Shown piece after piece: positions 9,652 through 18,610 of a DNA stretch of 64,000 bases (position 1 is its first letter; every line of letters starts with the position of its first letter). The translations under genes were made by a program, and so were the position numbers. This stretch comes from Fibrobacterota bacterium (GTDB lineage: Bacteria > Fibrobacterota > OXYB2-FULL-49-7 > JAEUSG01): contig JAZDKP010000285.1 of assembly GCA_043802925.1 (NCBI GenBank), positions 6,248-70,247 of the forward strand, written 5' to 3'. The notes under the pieces were generated by a model. The model was given only the letters and a program-made list of their open reading frames with translations, was not told where the DNA came from and did not search any database.

Positions 9652-9896
9652 TAGCCCGGGACCTGCTCGACCTCCTCGTCTGCCCGGAAACCCGGACCCC
9701 GCTCCGCGTTGCCGACAACGCGCTCATCACGGCGCTGAATAAGAAAATAGCGGGCAACGCGCTTAAGAACCGCGCGGGAGAACGCGTGACCGAGCCTTTC
9801 GACGGCGGCCTTGTCCGCGAGGACGGAAAAGTCCTCTACCCGGTGCGGAAGGACATCCCCATCATGCTCACGGACGAATCCATCGCACTCTCATGA
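9648..9896 (+). CDS. Trm112/UPF0434 family small protein
   Basis: 82 aa. LLDLLVCPETRTPL ... LYPVRKDIPIMLTDESI pattern. ATGA overlap with accA. Confidence 0.8.
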   Translation: MIARDLLDLLVCPETRTPLRVADNALITALNKKIAGNALKNRAGERVTEPFDGGLVREDGKVLYPVRKDIPIMLTDESIALS

Positions 9897-10396
9897 CAAA
9901 CCGGAAAATACTCACCCTGCCGGGTGTGCTCGCCCGCGTACGCGTTGCACGCAAGGCCGGACACACCATTGTGACCACCAATGGCTGCTTTGACCTGCTG
10001 CACCCGGGCCATGCGCAGTACCTCGCAGCAGCCAAAAAACTGGGCACCCTGCTCTTTGTGGGCGTCAACAGCGATGCTTCGGTGCGGGCAAACAAAGGCC
10101 CGGGCCGGCCGGTCAACAACGAACAATCGCGCATGGCCATGCTCGCAGCACTTTCGGCCGTGGATGGTGTATTTGTGTTCCGTGAAAAGGACCCGATCCG
10201 TTTTATCGAAGCGATTCGGCCGAACATCCATGTCAAAGGCGGCGACTACCAGGGCCGCATCCTTGAACAGGACGCGGTGGAACGCAGCGGCGGCCGCGTC
10301 CGCCTGCTGACGTTCCTGCCCGGCCATTCGACCACGCGCCTCATCGCGCGCATCGTCCGGGCCTCCGGCCGGAAAAAAAGGAAAAAGAAGGCATGA
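9893..10396 (+). CDS. D-glycero-beta-D-manno-heptose-1-phosphate adenylyltransferase-like cytidylyltransferase (RfaE domain II / HldC)
   Basis: TNGCFDLLHPGHAQYL, VGVNSDASVR and R..MLAAL..VD..V.F motifs. 167 aa. Confidence 0.85.
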   Translation: MTNRKILTLPGVLARVRVARKAGHTIVTTNGCFDLLHPGHAQYLAAAKKLGTLLFVGVNSDASVRANKGPGRPVNNEQSRMAMLAALSAVDGVFVFREKDPIRFIEAIRPNIHVKGGDYQGRILEQDAVERSGGRVRLLTFLPGHSTTRLIARIVRASGRKKRKKKA

Positions 10397-12399
10397 ACCT
10401 GAACAAGGACGAGCTCCGCAACCTCGAGGAACGGGTGAAAAAAGTCCCGGGCTCCCCGGGCTTCGCCCGCCTGGCCGACCATTACCGGATCGCGGGCCAT
10501 GTCGACAACGCCATCGCGCTCTGCGAAACCGGGGTCAAGGCCAATCCCGAGTATCCCACCGGCCACCTTCTGCTGGGCCGCTGTTATTTTGAAAAGGAAC
10601 GCGTCGAGGACGCGCGGAAGGAGTTCGAAACCGTCCTCCGGCTCGACCGTAAAAACATCTTTGCACTGAAAATAATCGGCGACATGGAAGCGCAGAAGGG
10701 CGACAAAAGCGCGGCCGCGCGCTTCTACAAAATGGCCGCGGACTTCGACCCGCTCAATTCCGAGACCCAGTCCATGTTCCGCCAGTTCGCGCAATTCTAC
10801 AAGCCCGGGAGCGCCGCGCTTCCCATCGGGCCCGCGCCCGCACAAGCCGAAACGCCACTCCCGGCCGCGGAGGCGCCGCCCGCGGAAGCCTTGGCCGAAA
10901 CGCTGATGGAGCCCGCAATAGCCGCGCCCGCGGAGACCGAAATGCTCGACCTGTCAGGCGCGCAAAACTTTGACGACCTCGAAAAGGCGGTGGACAACGC
11001 AGCGGCATCCGATGCCGGAGCCGCGCCAACGGAACCCGAACTTTCACCAAACCCGCCGGTGACCCCGGAACCTGAGGCCGCGGCGGTTGAACCACTCCGG
11101 TTCGAGGCGGAGACCCCGGCATCCGAAATCGAATTCCCGGAAATCCAGGTTGACGCCGCGGCAGACAACCTCGCCTCCATCCCGGAACCGGGCGAAACCG
11201 TGCCCCGGCCCCAAGCGGAGGCCTCACACCCGCCCGAAACGGTGGATCCGGGCATCGAAACCGAAATGGTGGACCTGCCGCCCGAAATGACCGGCGCCAT
11301 AGAGGCGCGCGTAGGCGATTTCCGCATCCGTAAGTCCCTTTTTGACCGTCTGCTCGACGAGCAGCACGGCCTTTTCGAGGAAGTGGCCGAACGCGGGACC
11401 CTGCCGCTTCCCGATGAAACTTCGGCTGAAGGGCCTGTACCCGACGCCGCACACGAAGCGCAACAGCCACCCCAGCCGCAATCCGAAATCTCCGCGTCCG
11501 CGGCGGGCATGGACGGCTTCTTCAATGTCGAAGGCGACGCCTCGGATTCCAATAGCGACGCGGCCATGGCCGGCATCGACAATGTGGAAATTGACGGAAT
11601 CGTCGATGACATGGCAGTGGAAACCGAGAACGAAGCGCCCCAAAAAACAGCCCCGGCTCCGGTGGATACCGCGTCCCCTGAATCCGGCAGCGCCTTTGCC
11701 GAAGACCTCCTTGCGGACATGGACGTGGACGACGACCTCAAGACGTTCGCAGTCGAAGCCGCGGCCTTGCAGGCAACCTCCCTGCAGCCGGAGCCTCTGG
11801 CGGCCCCCGCACAACCCGAAATAAAAACCGCGCCCGTGCAGCCCGAAATCTCCTCGTCCGCGGCAGGCATGGACGGCTTCTTCAATATCGAAGGCGCTTC
11901 CTCAGATTCTGAAAACAACGTGGCCCTGGCCGGCATCGACGACGTGGAAATTGACGGGAGGGTCGATGACGCAACGCTCGAGGAGCCGGACGCCGGCCCG
12001 GCGCAAAAGGACGGGGCCATCGAACTCGGAACGGACGTGGAATTCGAGATTCCAACCGTGGCCGCGGCAGCGCCCCGACCCCAGGCCGCGCCCGAAACCA
12101 AAATGGCCTCCGAAACGCAAACGCAAAAACAAATCAACGAAATCTTTGAAAACGCCGCGCCCAAAACAGGGGTTCCGGTCAAAAGCGGCGCGCCGGTTAA
12201 AAAGCCAAAGACGGCCAAGGCCGCGCCCAGGGTGGTGAGCAACGTGGCCACCTCAAGCCTGGCGGATATCTACCTGCGCCAGGGACACAAGGAGCAGGCG
12301 CTCGCCGTTTACCGGAAAATGCTCGAACAGAAACCCGACAACAAACGCATCCTCGCAAAAATAGAAAAACTCGAAGAAGAAATCGAAAACGAAGAATAG
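10393..12399 (+). CDS. TPR-repeat protein with a very long acidic Pro/Ala/Glu-rich disordered middle region
   Basis: TPR-like helices at the N-terminus (HYRIAGHVDNAIALCETGVKANPEYPTGHLLLGRCYFE...) and C-terminus (LADIYLRQGHKEQALAVYRKMLEQKPDN). The middle is low-complexity with a 120-aa-period duplication. Confidence 0.7.
   Translation: MNLNKDELRNLEERVKKVPGSPGFARLADHYRIAGHVDNAIALCETGVKANPEYPTGHLLLGRCYFEKERVEDARKEFETVLRLDRKNIFALKIIGDMEAQKGDKSAAARFYKMAADFDPLNSETQSMFRQFAQFYKPGSAALPIGPAPAQAETPLPAAEAPPAEALAETLMEPAIAAPAETEMLDLSGAQNFDDLEKAVDNAAASDAGAAPTEPELSPNPPVTPEPEAAAVEPLRFEAETPASEIEFPEIQVDAAADNLASIPEPGETVPRPQAEASHPPETVDPGIETEMVDLPPEMTGAIEARVGDFRIRKSLFDRLLDEQHGLFEEVAERGTLPLPDETSAEGPVPDAAHEAQQPPQPQSEISASAAGMDGFFNVEGDASDSNSDAAMAGIDNVEIDGIVDDMAVETENEAPQKTAPAPVDTASPESGSAFAEDLLADMDVDDDLKTFAVEAAALQATSLQPEPLAAPAQPEIKTAPVQPEISSSAAGMDGFFNIEGASSDSENNVALAGIDDVEIDGRVDDATLEEPDAGPAQKDGAIELGTDVEFEIPTVAAAAPRPQAAPETKMASETQTQKQINEIFENAAPKTGVPVKSGAPVKKPKTAKAAPRVVSNVATSSLADIYLRQGHKEQALAVYRKMLEQKPDNKRILAKIEKLEEEIENEE
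11485..11970 (+). repeat. Intragenic duplication (two about 126-nt units, 360-nt period) inside the TPR protein
   Basis: 11485-11610 encodes EISASAAGMDGFFNVEGDASDSNSDAAMAGIDNVEIDGIVDD. 11845-11970 encodes EISSSAAGMDGFFNIEGASSDSENNVALAGIDDVEIDGRVDD. Confidence 0.85.
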
Positions 12400-12432
12400 G
12401 ACCCAACGCCCCGCATAAAAAGGAGAGACCTC

Positions 12433-12951
12433 ATGGCAGCGAAAAAGAAGCCCCAGGAAAGCGCGAAAGACATCGACGGGCTGTTCAGCCTCGAGCAAAT
12501 CAAGGACTTCATCAAGTTTGTCGAAAAAGTCGATATCAGCGAAGTCACCGTCACCGTTAAGGACCGTACGCTGGTGGTGAGCAAGCGCCCGCGGGCCGGG
12601 GCCGTTTCCCAGGTGACGTACGCGGAGGCCCCGGGTGCGCCCGCGCCCCGCACGGCCGCACCCGCGCCGACGGCCGCCCCTTCGCCGGCACCCGCGGCGC
12701 GGCCCGCCAACCTCAAGGAAATTGTCTCGCCCATCGTCGGCACCTTCTACCGCGCCACGGACCCCAAGGCCAAGCCCTTTGTCCAGCCCGGCGACACCGT
12801 GGCCGTCAACCAGACCGTCTGCATCATCGAAGCCATGAAAATCTTCAACGAAATCAAGTCCGAGGTGAACGGCGTCATCAAGGAAATCTGCGTGGAAAAC
12901 GAACAACCCGTGGAATTCGGCCAGCCCCTCTTCCTGGTGGAGACGAAATAA
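12433..12951 (+). CDS. accB: Acetyl-CoA carboxylase biotin carboxyl carrier protein
   Basis: Biotinyl-lysine motif [12 protein letters not shown], Pro/Ala linker, RBS AAAGGAGAG upstream. Confidence 0.95.
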   Translation: MAAKKKPQESAKDIDGLFSLEQIKDFIKFVEKVDISEVTVTVKDRTLVVSKRPRAGAVSQVTYAEAPGAPAPRTAAPAPTAAPSPAPAARPANLKEIVSPIVGTFYRATDPKAKPFVQPGDTVAVNQTVCIIEAMKIFNEIKSEVNGVIKEICVENEQPVEFGQPLFLVETK

Positions 12952-12956
12952 CCCCT

Positions 12957-14294
<1,338 letters not shown>

Positions 14295-14308
14295 CGCGAG
14301 GTGTCTCT

Positions 14309-15040
14309 ATGAAGGCTTTGATGCTTTTCACGTCAATCCTGGCGCTTATCGCCCTGCCGGTCCTGTCCGAAAGCGTGGGCAAGCTCTCCTTTTTTGTGGG
14401 CGCAGTCAAGATTCAGCCCAAGCAGGCAACGGACGCCAAGCCGGCCAAGCTCAACCAGCCCGTGTCGGACGGTGACCGCATTGTGACCGACAAGGCCGAC
14501 CGCGCGGAAGTCACGCTCAAGGACGGCAGCGTCCTTCGCATCGCGGAACTATCGGATATCATGATCGCCTGCCCCAACGGAAAGGCCGTTTCCCCGACCA
14601 TCAACAAGGGCAAGCTCTGGGGCAACATCAAGAAGCTCGGCCAGCGTACTTACGATTTTGAAGTCTCGACCGGCACCGCCACTGTGGCCATCCGCGGCAC
14701 GGTCTTCCGCATCGAGGACGACCCTGCGGACTCCCTCACCAAGGTCGCCGTGTACGACGGCAAAGTGGCTGTGGGCCCCAGCGTGGAGCTTAAAAAAGAG
14801 CTGACCGCCTCGGGCGCCATGCAGGAGCGCAAGGAGGTCTCGGGCCCCGCCGAAGTACCCGGCCCCTTTGAGGTCACGCTCATGGACTGGGTCACTATTG
14901 TCAAGGGCCAGCAGATTAATGTGCAGAAGGGCGGAAAATACTCGCAATTCAAGTACGACCAAAAGAAGGACGCGCAGGACGACTGGGTCAAGTTCAACAA
15001 GGAACGCGACGCGGCTGTGCTCATCAATCACGAAGAATAG
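14309..15040 (+). CDS. Secreted FecR-domain protein
   Basis: Signal peptide MKALMLFTSILALIALPVLS. FecR-like core (DGDRIVTDKADRAEVTLKDGSVLRI ... TATVAIRGTVFRI). Confidence 0.7.
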   Translation: MKALMLFTSILALIALPVLSESVGKLSFFVGAVKIQPKQATDAKPAKLNQPVSDGDRIVTDKADRAEVTLKDGSVLRIAELSDIMIACPNGKAVSPTINKGKLWGNIKKLGQRTYDFEVSTGTATVAIRGTVFRIEDDPADSLTKVAVYDGKVAVGPSVELKKELTASGAMQERKEVSGPAEVPGPFEVTLMDWVTIVKGQQINVQKGGKYSQFKYDQKKDAQDDWVKFNKERDAAVLINHEE

Positions 15041-15068
15041 TTTTTCATCACCTGAAATAAGCATTTCC

Positions 15069-15122
15069 GGGCCGGGTGCGCTTGAATCAAGCCAACCGGC
15101 CCTTTTCTATTGAAGGGCTTTT
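15069..15122 (+). terminator. Candidate intrinsic terminator (two mutually exclusive GC hairpins followed by T runs)
   Basis: GGGCCGG (15069-15075) pairs with CCGGCCC (15096-15102), followed by TTTT. Alternatively GCCCTT (15099-15104) pairs with AAGGGC (15113-15118), followed by TTTT. Confidence 0.45.
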
Positions 15123-16094
15123 ATGCGCCTCCTCAGCACGGACGACCTCGTTGAAACCTTCTGTAAAATCCGCCAGCGCGGGCTTTCCTTTGTCCTTTCC
15201 AAGTTCCATCTGAACCCGCTCCAAAGGACGCTCAGCACGTTCAACGAAACGGACGTCGAAACATCCAACTGGTGGATTGTCCCGGAAGTTAGGACGCGGT
15301 GGAACCGCCGCATATCGGGCGACCCGGGCAGCGCGTATGAGGACCATGTCCTTCAAAAACACTTCGCCGGAAGGTCCGGCCTGAAAATGCTGTCACTCGG
15401 AAGCGGCCCCTGCGTCCACGAGAGGCGCTTCGCGGAGTCCGGCGTCTTTGCCGAAGTGCGCTGCATCGACGCCGCGGAAAAACCCATCGACGCCGCACGC
15501 CGGGAATGCGCGGCCCACGGGCTTGCGTGCATGCGGTTCGAAGTCGCGGACATCAACCGGATGACACTTCCAATTGAAACGTATGACCTCATACTGTTCG
15601 ATTCCTCCCTGCACCATTTCCGGAGGGTGCGCGAAATGCTGGGTGACAAAGTCCGTGGCGCGCTGAAAAAGGAGGGCCTCCTCGTCATCAACGAATTCGT
15701 GGGGCCAAACCGGATTCAACTCCCGCGCCCGCAGCTCCGGGCCATCAACGCGGCGCTCCGGACCGTGCCCCCCACCTTCCGGGCCCGCCACAAATGCGGC
15801 ATCCTCAAACGGAGCGTGTCGGGCCCGGGCCTGCTCCGCATGCTCCTTGCCGACCCCTCGGAGTGCGTGGAATCCGCCTCCATTGTTCCGGCCCTGCGGG
15901 AATTCTATGATGTTGTGGAAGAAGCGCCCCTGGGCGGCAACCTGCTGTTTCTGCTGCTCAAGGACATCTCGCACCATTTCGTGACGCCGGACGCGGAGAC
16001 CCGGCGGATCCTGGAGTCCCTGTTCCGCCAGGAAGACGCCTGGTTGCTGGATTCACCCAGCGATTTTCTGTTTGGGGTTTACCGGAAGAAGTAA
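15123..16094 (+). CDS. Class I SAM-dependent methyltransferase
   Basis: Motif I MLSLGSGPC. Downstream acidic and post-I motifs (IDAAE, YDLILFDSSLHHF). 323 aa. Confidence 0.75.
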   Translation: MRLLSTDDLVETFCKIRQRGLSFVLSKFHLNPLQRTLSTFNETDVETSNWWIVPEVRTRWNRRISGDPGSAYEDHVLQKHFAGRSGLKMLSLGSGPCVHERRFAESGVFAEVRCIDAAEKPIDAARRECAAHGLACMRFEVADINRMTLPIETYDLILFDSSLHHFRRVREMLGDKVRGALKKEGLLVINEFVGPNRIQLPRPQLRAINAALRTVPPTFRARHKCGILKRSVSGPGLLRMLLADPSECVESASIVPALREFYDVVEEAPLGGNLLFLLLKDISHHFVTPDAETRRILESLFRQEDAWLLDSPSDFLFGVYRKK

Positions 16095-16160
16095 ACACGT
16101 CCGTCCTGGTTCAATGGGGTTTGTGGCAGGAGCTTATTTTTAAAGAGGGAGTTAGGTAAT

Positions 16161-18128
16161 ATGCCACTAGCGTCTTTACCTGCAATAATCATGGCCGCGG
16201 TGTGCCTCTATGTTGGAATATATTATCTCGTTTTGTATGTTAGGCGAAGGAATGAAAAGGCGACGCTCATTTTTGCCCTTACTTGTTTTTCCGTGGTATT
16301 CTACGACATTTTTTGTGCGGGGCTTTATAGTGCCACATCCTTGGCCGAGGGCGTAAAATGGCAAAAAGGACAATTCGCGGGCATTTGCATGCTATCCACC
16401 TCTCTCATATGGTTTATAAAATATTTAATCAAATCCAGAATCGGCATCATGGAAAAATTGGTAACACCCTTTTATGGTGTAATGCTTTTGGTGACGATGA
16501 CTGTTTCAAACGAATGGACCTTAACGGTTGCAAAGCCCGCCATAAAGGACATACGCTTTGGCCATTCCTTTATAACCACTTATTATGAATGCGCGCCCGG
16601 GATTCTATTTACACTCATCGTGGTGGTCAGTAATTTCGGATTTGTTATTCTCGTTTACCGGCTCATCCGCTACGCCCGTTCCACCTCGAACCAGAATACG
16701 ACCCCTTTCATTTTTTCATTCTTGTTGTTTTTTCTGGCGGCCATCAATGACACCTTCGTATCAACAGGGGTCTATACTTCCGTGTATTTGGCAGAATACG
16801 CCTTTATGGGCCTTATCTTGACGATGAGCTACGCATTGCTGGATCGATTTATTAATGTTCAGCAAGAAGTGGAAACGCTGAATATTTGCCTGGAAAACAA
16901 AGTCAAAGAACGCACACAAGAACTTTACACAACCAACGAACACCTTAAAAGAGAAATTGCCGAAGGAAAAAACAAGGAAATAGAAATTACCGCCTATAGA
17001 GAGAAACTCCAGCAATCGCAGAAATTGGAGGCGATAGGACAACTCGCGGGGGGCGTCGCGCATGACTTCAACAATTTGTTGGGGGCCATATTAGGGTTTG
17101 CGGGATTGATAAGACAGAAAGTCGAAGGCAATCCCGATCTGGTAAAACATACCGTTTCCATTATAAACGCCTCACGGCGCGCGGCTGAGTTGACAGCCCA
17201 GCTTCTTGCTTTTGCCCGCAAAGGCAACTATGTTGTGACGGTGGTTGACACACATGAAACCATTCAGGATGTTATCAAGTTATTGGAACATACAATTGAT
17301 AAACGTATTGCCATTACTCAGAAGTTAGGCGCAAATCCTTCAACGGTAATGGGCGATAATTCCCAGCTCCAAAACGCGATTTTGAACCTTGCGGTAAACG
17401 CACGGGACGCGATGCCCAACGGCGGAAATTTGACGTTTGCCACAGAGGTTATTGACATGGGTGAAAACAACATAAACGAAGTCCCCCCTGGAACCTACTT
17501 GATGCTCTCGATAAATGATACAGGGATAGGGATGGACAAGGAAACCCAGAAACGATTATTTGAACCTTTTTTTACCACGAAAGGGGTCGGGAAGGGAACG
17601 GGGCTGGGTTTGGCCAGTGTGTATGGTACGGTTAAAAGCCATCATGGGCATATCAATGTCACCAGTGAATTCGGCATGGGATCGTCATTCAATATCTATT
17701 TGCCGGTTGTGGAAAAACCCATGGCGGCGCAGCAACAAATCGCACAGGATGCCCCCTGTGGAACCGGGCATATTCTTCTGGTCGATGATGAGCCATTGAT
17801 AAGAGATGCCGCATCAGAGATGTTGTCTTTTTTAGGGTATACGGTTTATGTCTGCGAGGACGGTGATAAGGCTTTGGAATATTACAGAGAACGCCAGAAA
17901 GAAGTGAATCTGGTCATTTTGGATATCATTATGCCAAAGATGGGGGGATATGATTGTTTTTTAGCGCTTGCAAGTATTAATCCAAAAGTTAAAGTCATTG
18001 TCGCTTCCGGTTATTCCTTGGATGGTGAAGCGGAAAGGATCATTGAAAAGGGCGCGTTAGGATTTATCCAAAAACCTTTTGACTGCAGCTCCCTTGCCAT
18101 GGCCATAAAGAAAGCGATCTCATGCTGA
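16161..18128 (+). CDS. Hybrid sensor histidine kinase/response regulator with 7TMR-DISM-like membrane sensor
   Basis: Seven N-terminal TM segments and a coiled coil. H-box GGVAHDFNNLLGAI, N-box LNLAVNARDAM, G1 DTGIGM, G2 GTGLGLASVYG. C-terminal receiver ILLVDDEPLIRD...ILDIIMPKMGG. Visibly lower GC than its neighbours. Confidence 0.9.
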   Translation: MPLASLPAIIMAAVCLYVGIYYLVLYVRRRNEKATLIFALTCFSVVFYDIFCAGLYSATSLAEGVKWQKGQFAGICMLSTSLIWFIKYLIKSRIGIMEKLVTPFYGVMLLVTMTVSNEWTLTVAKPAIKDIRFGHSFITTYYECAPGILFTLIVVVSNFGFVILVYRLIRYARSTSNQNTTPFIFSFLLFFLAAINDTFVSTGVYTSVYLAEYAFMGLILTMSYALLDRFINVQQEVETLNICLENKVKERTQELYTTNEHLKREIAEGKNKEIEITAYREKLQQSQKLEAIGQLAGGVAHDFNNLLGAILGFAGLIRQKVEGNPDLVKHTVSIINASRRAAELTAQLLAFARKGNYVVTVVDTHETIQDVIKLLEHTIDKRIAITQKLGANPSTVMGDNSQLQNAILNLAVNARDAMPNGGNLTFATEVIDMGENNINEVPPGTYLMLSINDTGIGMDKETQKRLFEPFFTTKGVGKGTGLGLASVYGTVKSHHGHINVTSEFGMGSSFNIYLPVVEKPMAAQQQIAQDAPCGTGHILLVDDEPLIRDAASEMLSFLGYTVYVCEDGDKALEYYRERQKEVNLVILDIIMPKMGGYDCFLALASINPKVKVIVASGYSLDGEAERIIEKGALGFIQKPFDCSSLAMAIKKAISC

Positions 18129-18235
18129 TATCATTCGCCCCGGAAAGATGTTAGTAAATCTGCTGGCTCTGTCCCATACGCAAATTATATATTATGCGCC
18201 TACTTTAACCGGGTAAAGGAGGTGTTTTTACACCT

Positions 18236-18463
18236 ATGACAGGAGTCATCATTCGTCCGAACGAGCCCTTCGAGAAGGCGCTCAAACGTTTCACCAAATC
18301 ATGCGAAAAATCAGGTATCCTTTCGGACCTGCGCAAAAACATGTATTATGAAAAGCCCAGTGAGCGGAAAAAACGCAAGCTGAACCAGGCAAAGCGCAAA
18401 GCCATGAAGGAACGCCTTATTGAAAGCGGTGTCATCAAAGTGAAGCCGCGCCCGGTGTATTGA
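18236..18463 (+). CDS. rpsU: 30S ribosomal protein S21
   Basis: FEKALKRFTKSCEKSGILSDLRKNMYYEKPSERKKRK is the canonical bS21 sequence pattern. Strong AAGGAGG upstream. Confidence 0.95.
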   Translation: MTGVIIRPNEPFEKALKRFTKSCEKSGILSDLRKNMYYEKPSERKKRKLNQAKRKAMKERLIESGVIKVKPRPVY

Positions 18464-18487
18464 TTTCTTTCTCTTGCTAAAACATCA

Positions 18488-18527
18488 AGAAGCCCGCCCT
18501 TTTTCAAGGACGGGCTTCTTTTTTTTC
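18488..18527 (+). terminator. Rho-independent terminator of rpsU
   Basis: GAAGCCCGCCCTT / AAGGACGGGCTTC stem followed by a T8 run. Confidence 0.8.
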
Positions 18528-18563
18528 TGGAATTAACCTGTTGTTGTCTTTTCCCTCTTTACC

Positions 18564-18610
18564 CTCACCAGCCCCCTCTCCTGAAGGAGAGGGGGAAAGG
18601 GGGGGAGGTG
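18564..18610. repeat. Solo copy of the C-rich/G-rich hairpin repeat family seen at 7198-7352
   Basis: The reverse complement CACCTCCCCCCCTTTCCCCCTCTCC-TTCA-GGAGAGGGGGCTGGTGAG matches the 7198 arm (CACCCCCTTTCCCCCCTCTC...GAGAGGGGGC). It abuts the stop codon of the 1009-aa gene. Confidence 0.6.

Noticed and set aside
10797-12251. 484-aa minus-strand ORF (and 10754-11470, 11224-11814)
   Set aside because: Antisense to the low-complexity middle of the TPR protein. It is a Ser/Ala/Gly-rich mirror of a Pro/Ala/Glu-rich sequence, with no start context or motifs.
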